64,000 nucleotides of DNA from Clostridia bacterium (GCA_022792395.1 JAAWAX010000034.1:7105-71104); one strand, 5' to 3'. Shown: positions 22,308 through 33,589, counted from the stretch's first letter. Made by a program: numbers and translations. Notes: a model not told the origin generated them from the letters alone.

Positions 22308-22398
22308 GGTCAAAGAACCATCCCCAATTGGACAAAAAAATAGTTCTAAAAAACTCCTTATCGAATACACATTATGTATAAAGATAAGGAGAAATTTT

Positions 22399-23037
22399 AT
22401 GAAGAGAAGCAAACGAGTAAAACTATTAGAAATTATAAAAGAGCATGTTATGAATAACAAAAAGGAATATATCCTAGTAGCATTATTATTTATCATAGGA
22501 ATATTTCTTGGCGTTCTTTTTGTTAATAATGTACAAGAAGCACAAAAAACAGAAATTACAACCTATTTTAATAATTTCATAGAAAAAATGAAAAATATAG
22601 AAAGTTTAAATCCAATCGAATTGTTAAAAACGAGTTTGGGACAAAACATAATATTAGCCATTATTTTATGGTTTTTTGGAACAACAGTAATTGGGATACC
22701 CGTAGTTTTTGGTTTAGTAATCTATCGAGGATTTTGTCTGGGATATACAATTGCTGTATGTATCACAATAATGGGAATACCAAAGGGATTATGGTTTGTG
22801 CTGATTTTACTATTATTGCAAAATATTTTATTCATACCAGCTATCTTGGCATTGGCAGTTAGTGGATTTAAATTATATAAGTCTATTATAAAAGATAGAA
22901 ATAAAGAAAACGTAAAAATAGAGATTTTAAGACATACTGTTTTTTCCTTTATTATGTTACTGGTATTAGTGCTATCATCAGTCGTTGAAATCTTTTTATC
23001 GACGAACATTTTAAAAGGATTAATAAAATATTTTTAA
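22399..23037 (+). CDS. spoIIM: Stage II sporulation protein M
   Basis: Multi-TM; GTTVIGIP, RGFCLGYTI; yqxK-spoIIM-xerD synteny. Confidence 0.88.
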   Translation: MKRSKRVKLLEIIKEHVMNNKKEYILVALLFIIGIFLGVLFVNNVQEAQKTEITTYFNNFIEKMKNIESLNPIELLKTSLGQNIILAIILWFFGTTVIGIPVVFGLVIYRGFCLGYTIAVCITIMGIPKGLWFVLILLLLQNILFIPAILALAVSGFKLYKSIIKDRNKENVKIEILRHTVFSFIMLLVLVLSSVVEIFLSTNILKGLIKYF

Positions 23038-23144
23038 AAAATATTCAAAAATCTATTTACATTTTTGAAAATGTTTGATATAACATATAAAGTAATTTAT
23101 GTTAATAGATTATTTTAAATTATAATAAGGGGTAGGGGAAATAA

Positions 23145-24026
23145 ATGGAAAGACAGTTAAAGCGTTTTTTTGAATTTTTAGAAAATGATAAGAAATTATC
23201 AGAAAACACATTACAATCGTACAAAAGAGACTTAAAACAATTTAGAAGATATTTAGAAGCATGTGAACTTCATTACAACAAAGTAAAAGAAGATGACATT
23301 AAAGATTATATTAGAGAATTACAAGAAGAAGGAAAAAAAGCATCTAGTATTTCTAGAGGGATTGCATCCATTCGTTCTTTCTATCAATTTGTATTAAAGA
23401 ATAAGAAAGTGAAAGTAGACCCAACAGAAAACATTCAATCACCAAAAATAGAAAAAAGAGTTCCAAGTGTATTAACATCAAAAGAAGTTGAATTATTATT
23501 AAATCAACCAAAAGATGTTGATTTAAAGGGTATTCGTGATAAAGCTATGCTTGAATTTGCTTATGCAACAGGAATGAGAGTAACAGAAATGATTTCTTTA
23601 AATATGGAAGATGTTAATTTAGAAGAAGGATATGTGGTTTGCAAAAATGGTAGCAAACAACGTAACATTCCATTAGGAAACATGTCATTAAAAGCATTGA
23701 AAGAATATGTAGAAGAAGCAAGAGATATTTTAGTAAAAACAGAAGGAGAACAAGCTTTATTTGTTAATATCAATGGTAGCAGACTAACAAGACAAGGATT
23801 CTGGAAAATTATTAAATTCTATAAAGAACAAGCACATATTACAAAGGAAATTACACCACATGTTTTAAGACATTCTTTTGCGACTCATCTTTTACAAAAT
23901 GGAGCAGATTTGAAAGCAATTCAAACCATGCTAGGACATTCAGATATTTCTTCTACACAAGTATATATGCAATTTCAAGATGAAGGAATAAAAAATGTAT
24001 ATAAAAAAGCTCATCCAAGAGCATAA
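23145..24026 (+). CDS. xerD: Site-specific tyrosine recombinase XerD
   Basis: YATGMRVTE, TPHVLRHSFATHLLQNGADL, LGHSDISSTQVY, HPRA. Confidence 0.92.
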   Translation: MERQLKRFFEFLENDKKLSENTLQSYKRDLKQFRRYLEACELHYNKVKEDDIKDYIRELQEEGKKASSISRGIASIRSFYQFVLKNKKVKVDPTENIQSPKIEKRVPSVLTSKEVELLLNQPKDVDLKGIRDKAMLEFAYATGMRVTEMISLNMEDVNLEEGYVVCKNGSKQRNIPLGNMSLKALKEYVEEARDILVKTEGEQALFVNINGSRLTRQGFWKIIKFYKEQAHITKEITPHVLRHSFATHLLQNGADLKAIQTMLGHSDISSTQVYMQFQDEGIKNVYKKAHPRA

Positions 24027-24038
24027 ATTGTAATAAAG

Positions 24039-24071
24039 AAAATCCTACAATAAAATATTGTGGGATTTTTT
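24039..24071 (+). terminator. Terminator after xerD
   Basis: AAAATCCTACAATA-AAA-TATTGTGGGATTTTTT. Confidence 0.6.
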
Positions 24072-24111
24072 ATATTGTAGGAAAGGTTACTGATTAGGTG
24101 ATTTCTTCAAT

Positions 24112-24235
24112 AAAAGTTTCTATATTTTTTCTTTGTAACTCCCAACAAGCTTACCATCTGTAATTGCATAACAGATGGTAAGCTTGTTGGTCCTCCCCCC
24201 CGAATTGTTACTGCATAAAAAATATAGAAACTTTT
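24112..24235. repeat. Structured intergenic element, copy B
   Basis: 19-bp outer stem, 20-bp perfect inner stem (24142-24161/24171-24190), loop AATTGCATA, CCCCCCGAA tract. Confidence 0.8.
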
Positions 24236-24389
24236 TAAGTAAAAATATATTAAGTCTGAACAGTAACTAGGAAAGTCAAAAAATATAAAAACTTTAGCAT
24301 AAAGAATGAAAAAAATAGAAAATAGTAGTATAATAGGAACAAGAATAGAAAGAAAAGATTAATATTTTTAGAATAAGATGGAGTAAAAA

Positions 24390-25635
24390 ATGATATTTGA
24401 AAAAGAAGAAAAAGAAAGATTAGAATGTAGAAGCTTTAAAAGAACAAAAGTAATATATTTTATAATGGGACTAATTATTTTAGGGATAGCCATAACTTTT
24501 TTTATAAATAAAAATAATCCAAAAACGATAGAAAGTGCTAATTTAGATACAGCAGTAACAGAATTAGCATATATACCAGTTGAAGAAATAAAAGTGGATG
24601 AAGATGAAATAGAGATTTTAAAAAATGAAACCTATCAAATGCAAATCAAAATAGAACCTAGTAATGCAACAACTAAAATAATACATATAGATGATTTGGA
24701 AGAGGGAAGTATTATTCAGATTAAAGAGAATGCTGAAATAGAAGCGATTGAAGTAGGAACTATGGAATTTGAAATGGAAGCAGAAGAAGGAAAGGTAAAA
24801 AAGAAAATTAAAGTTACTGTAAAAGCCAAAGTAGAAGGAATAGAAATAGAATCTGAAAAAATAGAATTAATAGAGGGGGAAAATAAACAACTAGAAGCTA
24901 AAATTTTGCCAGAAGAAGTGGAAGAAAAGACATTAAACTATGAAAGTTCTGCTCCAGAAATCGCAAAAATAGATTCTGATGGAAAAATAGAAGCAATTCA
25001 AGAAGGAAATGCAATCATCACAATAACAACTAGTGCAGAACCAGTTCAAAAAAGAGAAATAGAGGTAATGGTGAAAAAAGAAGAAGTAGATAATGCACAA
25101 GTACAGACAAATAATAATCAAGTAAATGAAGCAATAATAGGGAATTATATACATGGAGTATTACTGGTTAATAAAAATTATTCACTACCAAGTAATTATG
25201 ACCCAGGTATCAATCCAGAAGCACTACAAGCTTTTAACAATATGAGAGCTAGTGCAAGTAAAGAAGGAATTTCATTGAAAATCGTATCTGGATATAGATC
25301 TTATCAAACGCAACAAGCAATTTATCAAAGAAATGTACAATTATATGGAGAGACAGTAGCAAATACTTTTTCTGCTAAACCACGGACAATCTGAACATCA
25401 AACAGGTCTTGCCTTTGATATTAATAGTACAAGATGGGATTTTAAAGATACATTAGAAGCTAAATGGTTAGCTGGAAATTGTTATGATTATGGGTTTATT
25501 ATTAGATATCCAGAAAACAAACAAGAAAAAATAGGATATGTTTATGAACCATGGCATATTCGTTATGTAGGAAATAGTATAGCAACAGAAATTAGAGATA
25601 CAGGACTTTGCTTAGAAGAATATTTAGGAGTTTAA
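24390..25635 (+). CDS. Ig-like (Big_2) domains + M15B/VanY-type D,D-carboxypeptidase; +1 shift at CGG 25383-25385
   Basis: LLVNKNY, SGYRSY, SAKP joins GQSEHQTGLAFDI...YGFIIRYP...YEPWHIRYVG...LEEYLGV* when C25383 is skipped. Confidence 0.88.
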
Positions 25636-25766
25636 AAATTTTGCCCAAAAGGTGTATCCTTAAATGGCAGAATTTTTTTTAGTGATTGCTGGATTTTACT
25701 AGACATTAAGGTAAAAAAAAGATATAATAAACATGTTATAAAATGTGAACATAGAAGGTGCCAATA

Positions 25767-26240
25767 ATGAAAAAGAAAGTATTATTTATTTCAAGTACAG
25801 GTGGACATTTAAACGAACTTATGCAGTTATCACCACTATTTGAAAAATATGACTATCATATCATAACAGAAAAAGATAAAGTAAATGAAAATTTAAAAGA
25901 AAAATATGGGGACAGATTATATTTTTTACCTTATGGAACGAGAGCAAAGCTAATTTCTTATATTTTTAAATACTGCTATCTTTGTTTAAAAACCATTTAC
26001 TTATATTTTAAAATACATCCAAAAGTAATTGTAACAACAGGAACTCATACAGCAGGACCAATGTGTTATTTAGGTAAAATTTTGGGAAGTAAAATTATTT
26101 ACATTGAAACATATGCGAATACTCATAAAAAGACAGCGACAGGCAAACTGATTTATCCAATAGCAGATTTATTTATTGTACAATGGGAAGAGATGCTTAA
26201 AATATATCCTAAAGCAGTATATGGAGGTTCGATTTATTAA
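25767..26240 (+). CDS. PssD/CpsF (Alg14-like) glycosyltransferase enhancer subunit
   Basis: SSTGGHLNEL, VTTGTH, IYIET, FIVQW. Confidence 0.88.
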   Translation: MKKKVLFISSTGGHLNELMQLSPLFEKYDYHIITEKDKVNENLKEKYGDRLYFLPYGTRAKLISYIFKYCYLCLKTIYLYFKIHPKVIVTTGTHTAGPMCYLGKILGSKIIYIETYANTHKKTATGKLIYPIADLFIVQWEEMLKIYPKAVYGGSIY

Positions 26241-26725
26241 TGATTTTAGTATTATTAGGGACACAAAATAATAGTTTTCATCGATTATTAGAAGAAATTC
26301 ATCGATTATTGAAAAAAGAAGAAATAAAAGATGAAGTAATCGTACAAGCTGGCTATACCAAATATCAATCAGAAAATGAAAAGATGAAAATTTTTGATTT
26401 TATAGAAAAACAAGAATTAGAAGAATTACAAAAAAAAGCAGACTTAATTATTACACATGGAGGAGTGGGTTCGATTTTACAATCCATCACAAAAGACAAA
26501 AAAGTAATTGCTATTCCTAGACTTCACCAATACCAAGAACATGTTAATGACCACCAAAAAGAAATTGTAGAACTTTTTAATGAAAAGGGATATATTATAG
26601 GAATACAAGGTGTAGAAGAATTACAAGGAGCAATGAAACAAGTAGAAAAATTTAGACCAAAGAAATATCAAAAAAACAATGAGAAAATGTTAAAGATAAT
26701 AGAAGATTTTATTGAACAATGTTAA
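26240..26725 (+). CDS. PssE/CpsG (Alg13-like) glycosyltransferase subunit
   Basis: VLLGTQ, ITHGGVGSI, IPRL...EHVNDHQ. Confidence 0.88.
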   Translation: MILVLLGTQNNSFHRLLEEIHRLLKKEEIKDEVIVQAGYTKYQSENEKMKIFDFIEKQELEELQKKADLIITHGGVGSILQSITKDKKVIAIPRLHQYQEHVNDHQKEIVELFNEKGYIIGIQGVEELQGAMKQVEKFRPKKYQKNNEKMLKIIEDFIEQC

Positions 26726-26852
26726 AGATTACAATCATTTTCGAAGTTTATCTACTAACTAATAAAATAACAAACAAGTCAAAAAGTAATAAAAGATATC
26801 AAGTAAATTTAGAAAACAATGGAGGCAATTTTTAATCAAAGGAGAGAAATTT

Positions 26853-28730
26853 GTGGCAAAAAAAGAAATCATAAACAAAGCATTTAATTCCATAGAATTC
26901 GTCGTTTTTATAGGAATCGTATTAACACTAAAAACATTTTTATTTTATCATAGCACGATAGCAATCAATGAAAGTTTAGGACTAGACACTATGATAGGAA
27001 CGATTTCTTTTATCATAGTAATCATGTGCTTGATAAGTGTGTTACCCAATAGAGCAAGAGGAATTTCAGCAATAGCGATAGACTTTTTAATCAGCTTATT
27101 ACTATTTGGTGACCATTTGTACTATGTGTATTCCAATAGCGTATTATCGGTAGCACAGATTAGTAATCTTCAATATGGTGGAGAGATAATGAGTACACTG
27201 CCAATGGTAATACAAGCTAGCCAAATTTTATACTTTTTCGATATTTTGATTGTACTAGCATTATGGCTAGGAAAAATTGTAAAACTAGAAAAGAAAGAAA
27301 AAAGTACCCAAAAACAAATCTTAATAAGAACTATGATAGGAATCGTTGGCATCCTTATTTTCTGTTTGATGGATATTAATTATATCAAAAAAGGAAAAGA
27401 AAAATCATATAATAAAGATTTTCAAATCCGTGAGGCTACTATTTTTGGTTATCATATATCCGATATTCAAAATGCTTTTACGATGCAAACGAAATATAAA
27501 AATTATGATGATATGATGGAAGATTATCATCAACTAAAAGAAAAATATGATACGAGATATGGACAAGAAAGGTATCCTTTGGAAGGAATTTTGAAAGACA
27601 AAAATGTTATTATTCTGCAACTGGAGTCGATTCAAGAATTTGTAGTAAATAAAGAAATTAATGGAAAACCAATTACACCGAATTTAAACCAATTTTTGAG
27701 CGAAAATATGGAATTTACCAATATGCACATGCAAAGTTATTCTACCACAGCAGATTCCGAACATACTACTATTACATCTATTTATCCAATGGAAAATGGA
27801 ATGTCATTTAGTAAGTATTTTACGAATACGTATGATGATATATTTAAGCTATTTAATAATAAAAATTATCATACTTCTTATATACATGGAAACTATCCTT
27901 ATTTTTGGAATCGAGGAAATGTATATGGAAGATTGAATTTAGATGAATTAGTTCTAAAAGAGCAATTTGATGATTTATCAGAAAATATCAATGGCGATTT
28001 ATCAGATGAATTATTATATAGGCAAGCAGTACAAAAATTGAAAGGATATGATAATCCTTTTATGTCCTACATTGTAGCAGCATCTTCTCATACACCATTT
28101 TCATTAGAAGGACTACAAGATAGAAGTAAAATTAGTATTGATGTAGGAAAATATAAAGATACTTATTTTGGAAATTATTTAGAAGCAGTCAATTATGCAG
28201 ATTATGCTTTTGGAATTTTGATACAAGAATTAAAAGAAGCTGGTTTGTATGAAGATACAGCTATTTTGGTTTTCGGAGACCATAATGGACTGAATATGTA
28301 TAATGAAGAATTGCTTGATTTCTTAAGTTATACCAATTCAGAGGTAACAGAGGTAGATATAAAATTAAACTATACAAGAGTGGCTTGTGGATTTAAAATT
28401 CCAGGAATAGAACACAACATAGAAATAGAAAAACCAATCAACAAATTAGATATCAAACCTACTTTAGCCTATTTGTGTAATTTAGAAGATACCTTTTCAT
28501 TAGGAACTAACTTTTTTGCTAATAAAGATTTTGTATGCCTAAATAATGGGAGAATTATAACTAGTAGATATTATTATGATGAAAATTGGTATGAGAGAAA
28601 AAATGGAGAAATGTTAATTTGGGAAGACCTAGAGGAAGATACCAAACAATTACTAGATGAATATTATCAAGATATGCAAACAGAACTAGACATATCCAAT
28701 TCAGTTAGCATTCATAATTTATTAAAATAA
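26853..28730 (+). CDS. LTA synthase family (sulfatase-like) membrane protein
   Basis: N-terminal TMs; NVIILQLES, ITPNLN, TADSE, SHTPF, FGDH. Confidence 0.88.
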   Translation: MAKKEIINKAFNSIEFVVFIGIVLTLKTFLFYHSTIAINESLGLDTMIGTISFIIVIMCLISVLPNRARGISAIAIDFLISLLLFGDHLYYVYSNSVLSVAQISNLQYGGEIMSTLPMVIQASQILYFFDILIVLALWLGKIVKLEKKEKSTQKQILIRTMIGIVGILIFCLMDINYIKKGKEKSYNKDFQIREATIFGYHISDIQNAFTMQTKYKNYDDMMEDYHQLKEKYDTRYGQERYPLEGILKDKNVIILQLESIQEFVVNKEINGKPITPNLNQFLSENMEFTNMHMQSYSTTADSEHTTITSIYPMENGMSFSKYFTNTYDDIFKLFNNKNYHTSYIHGNYPYFWNRGNVYGRLNLDELVLKEQFDDLSENINGDLSDELLYRQAVQKLKGYDNPFMSYIVAASSHTPFSLEGLQDRSKISIDVGKYKDTYFGNYLEAVNYADYAFGILIQELKEAGLYEDTAILVFGDHNGLNMYNEELLDFLSYTNSEVTEVDIKLNYTRVACGFKIPGIEHNIEIEKPINKLDIKPTLAYLCNLEDTFSLGTNFFANKDFVCLNNGRIITSRYYYDENWYERKNGEMLIWEDLEEDTKQLLDEYYQDMQTELDISNSVSIHNLLK

Positions 28731-28744
28731 GGAGAGTTTAATCA

Positions 28745-29746
28745 ATGGAAGAAGAAAGAATCATGACACCAAGTTTAGAAGGACTAGGAGAAGAAAGATT
28801 TGAAAATTCTTTAAGACCAAAAGTATTGGATGAATATATTGGACAGAACAAAGTAAAAGAGAATATGAAAATATATATAGAAGCAGCCAAAAAAAGAGAG
28901 GAGCCATTAGATCATGTTTTACTATATGGACCTCCAGGGTTAGGGAAAACAACACTATCTAATATTATATCCAACGAAATGAATTCTAACATCAAAATAA
29001 CTTCTGGTCCAGCGATAGAAAAACCAGGAGATTTAGCTTCTATCTTAACGAATCTATCAGAATTTGATGTGTTATTTATTGATGAAATTCATAGATTAAG
29101 TAAGAGTGTAGAAGAAATATTATATCCTGCATTAGAAGACTATACTTTGGATATTGTCATAGGAAAAGGTCCGAGTGCAAGGTCAATTCGATTAGACTTG
29201 CCAAAATTCACTTTAATTGGAGCAACGACAAAAGCAGGAGCATTATCGACACCATTAAGAGACCGATTTGGTATTGTGCATCGATTAGAATTATATTCAA
29301 TAGAAGATTTAACAACCATAGTAAAAAGGTCAAGTAAGATTCTAGAAGTAGAAATCGAAGAAGAAGCGGCTATTGAAATAGCCAGAAGATCAAGAGGAAC
29401 ACCAAGAATTGCCAATCGATTACTAAAGAGAGTAAGAGACTATGCTATTGTATTAGGAGATGGAAATATTACTCTAAAAATAACCAAACATGCTTTAAAT
29501 CAATTAGAAATAGATGAACTTGGTTTAGATGAAATCGATCGAAAAATATTAGAAACGATGATTGTACAATATGGAGGAAGGCCAGTAGGAATCGAAGCTT
29601 TAGCTGTAAGTGTAGGAGAAGAAATAGATACGATAGAAGATGTATATGAACCATATCTAATTCAAATTGGCTTTATAGCAAGAACCATAAGAGGTAGACA
29701 AGTATTACCAACAGCATATAAGCATTTGGGATACGAATGTCCTTAA
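28745..29746 (+). CDS. ruvB: Holliday junction helicase RuvB
   Basis: [38 protein letters not shown]. Confidence 0.97.
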   Translation: MEEERIMTPSLEGLGEERFENSLRPKVLDEYIGQNKVKENMKIYIEAAKKREEPLDHVLLYGPPGLGKTTLSNIISNEMNSNIKITSGPAIEKPGDLASILTNLSEFDVLFIDEIHRLSKSVEEILYPALEDYTLDIVIGKGPSARSIRLDLPKFTLIGATTKAGALSTPLRDRFGIVHRLELYSIEDLTTIVKRSSKILEVEIEEEAAIEIARRSRGTPRIANRLLKRVRDYAIVLGDGNITLKITKHALNQLEIDELGLDEIDRKILETMIVQYGGRPVGIEALAVSVGEEIDTIEDVYEPYLIQIGFIARTIRGRQVLPTAYKHLGYECP

Positions 29747-29822
29747 GAGGATGGTTCTTTTTACTCATTTTAGTACAATGAGGGACACATCTTTAAAATG
29801 CGTTTGAGATGGAGGAAAAATC

Positions 29823-30407
29823 ATGAAATTATTATTGCATACATGTTGTGCACCATGTAGTGTATATTGTATTGATAGCTTGAGAAAAGAAGGGATTGAA
29901 CCAGTTGTATATTGGTTTAATCCAAACATACATCCTTATATGGAATATAAAGCAAGAAGGGATTGCTTAAAAGACTATACAGCTAATATAGGAATAGAAG
30001 CTATTTTTGAGGAAAATTACGGATTAAAGGATTTTTGTAAAAATGTAATAGGCGATTTAGATAAAAGATGTCAAGCATATTGCTATCCAGTTCGTTTGGA
30101 ACAAACGGCAAAGTATGCGAAAGAAAATGGCTATGATAGTTTTTCAACAACCTTACTAGTTAGTCCTTATCAAAATCATGAGATGTTAATAAAAGTGGCA
30201 GAGCATAAGGCTAAAAAGTATGGGCTTAAGTTTTTATATCGTGATTTTAGGGTTGGCTTTCGAGAGGGGCAAGCAAAAGCAAGAGAACTAGGTTTATATA
30301 TGCAAAAATATTGTGGTTGTGTTTTTTCAGAAGAAAGTAGATATAGTAATTACATAAAAAAGGACTTGGAAAATATGAAAAAAGATGGAGAAAATCTTTG
30401 TAGATAA
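29823..30407 (+). CDS. queH: Epoxyqueuosine reductase QueH
   Basis: LLHTCCAPCS, NPNIHP, TTLLVSP, YMQKYCGCVFS. Confidence 0.92.
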   Translation: MKLLLHTCCAPCSVYCIDSLRKEGIEPVVYWFNPNIHPYMEYKARRDCLKDYTANIGIEAIFEENYGLKDFCKNVIGDLDKRCQAYCYPVRLEQTAKYAKENGYDSFSTTLLVSPYQNHEMLIKVAEHKAKKYGLKFLYRDFRVGFREGQAKARELGLYMQKYCGCVFSEESRYSNYIKKDLENMKKDGENLCR

Positions 30408-30505
30408 ATAGTAATTTGTCGTTTAGAGTGAAATGCTATAAAAGTAAATGATTTGTAATTTTGTCATTTATACTTTATCAAAATATGAAAAAAGGATTTG
30501 ATAAT

Positions 30506-31453
30506 ATGAATAAAATAGTAAAAATAGGTATTGCTATTCTTTGTATAACAGTAAGTTTAACAGGAATAACATTTGCAGGAGTTACAATTTATAATTCATT
30601 TATAAAAAAAGATAAAATGGAAACAAGAGGCTTATTTGATGCTGGTAGAGGATATACAAATTATGAAACAGACCTAATGGTTAATTATATGACTTGGCAA
30701 AATGATGTAGGATTATATTATAGAACAATAACAAATTCTAATGATTACGAAAAATACAAATCAAGAATATTAACATTTCCAGAAGTTTCTGAAATTAATT
30801 TTGATAAAGATTTTATTGTAATTATTGCGAATGAAAATGTTAGAGATTTTGATGAAATTGATATGGGAATTTCAAATGTTTATGCTGATGAAACTACAAC
30901 AAATATCATAATGAAACAAAAAGAGAATCCAAATATGAATGATACAACAAATGTATGGTATGCTATTGTTGATAATTCACAATTAAAAGATAATGTAAAA
31001 ATAACAATAGAACACAAAAAGTTTGATAATGAGAATGTTATAGAAATTTCAAAATTACCTTTGGACTATTCTGTTAATACAGCAATAGAAGATGGTTGCT
31101 TTACACTAAAAAATAATAAAGTAGTATCTTCTAATGAAAAACAACTAGATGAGTTCATAGAAAAAACAGAAAAAGGAGAAAGAAGCTTTGTAAGAGTATA
31201 TAGTAACTATGATGGAAATATCACTATAACAGATGTGAATTTTGAAGATGGAATATACTATGCTGATAGAGGTTGTCCTAATTGTGAGAAAAACTATCGT
31301 AATACATATAAAAAAATAGAAAAAAGGGAAGCTCCAAATGGTGATTATAAAGATATTGGATATGTATTTTATGAAGAAAAAAATTCTAGTGATGGAGTTC
31401 CTTTGGTAATTATTCAAAATTGGGTAGAAGATTATAAAAAGAATCATAAATAG
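30506..31453 (+). CDS. Hypothetical secreted/membrane-anchored protein
   Basis: N-terminal hydrophobic signal; long open frame. Confidence 0.7.
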   Translation: MNKIVKIGIAILCITVSLTGITFAGVTIYNSFIKKDKMETRGLFDAGRGYTNYETDLMVNYMTWQNDVGLYYRTITNSNDYEKYKSRILTFPEVSEINFDKDFIVIIANENVRDFDEIDMGISNVYADETTTNIIMKQKENPNMNDTTNVWYAIVDNSQLKDNVKITIEHKKFDNENVIEISKLPLDYSVNTAIEDGCFTLKNNKVVSSNEKQLDEFIEKTEKGERSFVRVYSNYDGNITITDVNFEDGIYYADRGCPNCEKNYRNTYKKIEKREAPNGDYKDIGYVFYEEKNSSDGVPLVIIQNWVEDYKKNHK

Positions 31454-31475
31454 AATATTATAGAGGAGAATAAAG

Positions 31476-32072
31476 ATGAAGAAAGATAAGAAATTGTATT
31501 CAATTTTTATGGTTGCTATAATTACTATATTAGGTTATTTGATTTATAGTAATTATCAGTTACAACAAAAAGTTAGCAATTTAGAAAAAGATATACCTAA
31601 AATTGAAGATAGATTATCTCAACAAAATATACAGTTTGAAGATGTAAATGAAAAAGTTTCTAATATGATTGAAAAAGAAAAAAACGAACAATATTATGAA
31701 AATCTCACACAAGAAGAAAAATCAAAACATCCAACTTGGGTTGGAGATGATTATTATTTTGACAATTCTAGTATAGAAGGTAAAACTCCAATTACAAAGG
31801 ACAAAGCAATTGAGATATGGAATGAATACAGAAAGAACATTATATTGAATGATTTAGATGAGTATAAAGTAAAAAAAGTAACAACCGGAAAAGTAAATCC
31901 TACAAATAATTTGACCGCAGGAACTGGATGGAATGTAAAAAAAGCAGATTATGAAAGAGATGCCTATATTATTCAGTGCAGTGATACTGATATCTTATCG
32001 AGCATAACTGGATATGTTGATATGTATACTGGCAAAGTCATTGGTGGATATTATGGTGGTGGAGTATATTAG
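31476..32072 (+). CDS. Hypothetical membrane-anchored protein (coiled coil + PepSY-like C-terminus)
   Basis: TM helix; ITKDKAIEI...YVDMYTGKVIGG. Confidence 0.65.
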   Translation: MKKDKKLYSIFMVAIITILGYLIYSNYQLQQKVSNLEKDIPKIEDRLSQQNIQFEDVNEKVSNMIEKEKNEQYYENLTQEEKSKHPTWVGDDYYFDNSSIEGKTPITKDKAIEIWNEYRKNIILNDLDEYKVKKVTTGKVNPTNNLTAGTGWNVKKADYERDAYIIQCSDTDILSSITGYVDMYTGKVIGGYYGGGVY

Positions 32073-32164
32073 ACAATGCTGGATATCCTATTATACAAAT
32101 GTTATTTACATTAACATTTAGTGTATTATATAGAAATAGTAAAAAACATAAAAGGGTGATTTTT

Positions 32165-32887
32165 ATGGATAAGAACAAAAGTAAAATTGGAAAAGTTGTT
32201 TTGATTATATTAGTAATTGTAGTATTGATAATTATTGTAATGATGTTCATTGTAGGTAAAAAAATTAAAATTTTAAAAGATTTAGATAACAAAGTATCAA
32301 GTTTAGAAGATAATAACAACAATATATATATGAAAACTACTGTTACAACAATGGTTTCAAAGATAGAGGGGAATATTTCAACAAGTGAATCTTTTATAAA
32401 AGATGATGTTTGTAAAGTGTCTTTAGAAAGGAAAAATGCTGATGGAAGCAATTATAATTTAGTGCAGATGATTTATCCAGAAGAAAGAAAATTATTTATA
32501 GATAATAATGGAACTAAAACTTTAAATTTATATAAGGAAAAAGTACCAATTAGAAATTCACATATTAAAGAAGATATGGAATCTTCTTATGTGGCGTTAC
32601 CAAATTATGCAATAGGTCATACTTTTCTTCAAATTTTGTTTTTATCAATAGAAGATGTTACGATGGATGAAAAAGAATGTTATAAAATAGAATGTAAAAA
32701 TGCAACTACTAGAAAAGTATGTTGGATTGAAAAAGAAACAGGATTAGGAGTAATGTCGATAAGTTATAATAAAATTAATGGTATAGAATATGAATCAGAA
32801 CTATCTAAAAAAGAAGTCGTGTTTGAAACTGTAACAGATGAAGATTTGATAGAGCCAGATATGAGTCAGTATACTATACAAGAATAA
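32165..32887 (+). CDS. Hypothetical membrane-anchored protein
   Basis: TM helix; ECYKIE, WIEKETGL, VTDEDLIEPD. Confidence 0.65.
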   Translation: MDKNKSKIGKVVLIILVIVVLIIIVMMFIVGKKIKILKDLDNKVSSLEDNNNNIYMKTTVTTMVSKIEGNISTSESFIKDDVCKVSLERKNADGSNYNLVQMIYPEERKLFIDNNGTKTLNLYKEKVPIRNSHIKEDMESSYVALPNYAIGHTFLQILFLSIEDVTMDEKECYKIECKNATTRKVCWIEKETGLGVMSISYNKINGIEYESELSKKEVVFETVTDEDLIEPDMSQYTIQE

Positions 32888-32981
32888 ATTGATACCAAAT
32901 ACTTACCATAATCACAAGAGATAGCGATAAATTACAATTTATAATTTAGGAAAAAGAATTAAGGAAGTGAATTGATAATAT

Positions 32982-33589
32982 ATGAATAAAAAGAAAAATG
33001 AAATTACAATTCGTTCTAGTGCTGCAGAATATTTAACATATATTGCAGCAGTAGGAGACAATCCTGAATCGATAGAAGTTAGATACGAAGATGAAAATAT
33101 ATGGCTAACTCAAAAAATGTTAGCTACTATTTATGGAATTGAACCTAATACGATAAATTATCACATAAAAAAATCTATGAAGATAATGAGTTAACTGAAG
33201 ATTCAACTATTCGAAATTTTCGAATAGTTCAAAAAGAAGGAAGCAGAGAAGTTTCGAGAAATATTGCTCATTATAATCTTCAAATGATAATTGCAATTGG
33301 TTTTAAAGTGGATAATGAAAGAGCTATTCAGTTTAGAAAATGGGCGAATCAAATAGTAAAAGATTACACAATAAAAGGTTGGGTAATGGATGATGAAAGA
33401 TTAAATGGATTTTTAAAATTATGGGATCATGAAATTTTAAAAGATAATGGAAAAATATCAGCAGAAATGGCAAAGTTACATGCAGAAACAGAATTTGAGA
33501 AATATAGAATTGTACAAGACAAAATTTATATTTCAGATTTTGATGAACTTTTATTGAATACAAAAAATATAAAAAAAGATGATAAATAA
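32982..33589 (+). pseudogene. RhuM-family protein, frameshifted and internally deleted
   Basis: IRSSAAEYLTY, ENIWLTQKM; one A missing in the run 33167-33173; YNLQMIIAIG, FRKWA, GWVMDDERL fused to GKISAEMAK. Confidence 0.8.

Noticed and set aside
23145-24026. Prophage or island integrase
   Set aside because: Housekeeping XerD signature and yqxK-spoIIM-xerD synteny; no phage genes nearby
29170-29195. Reassignment or shifting at AGG or CGA
   Set aside because: Both occur in frame at conserved Arg positions (ruvB ARSIR uses AGG and CGA) without any frame break
33160-33194. RhuM frameshift as another recoding site
   Set aside because: It is a 1-nt loss in an A run with no CGG, and the gene also has a large internal deletion, so this is ordinary decay or a homopolymer error
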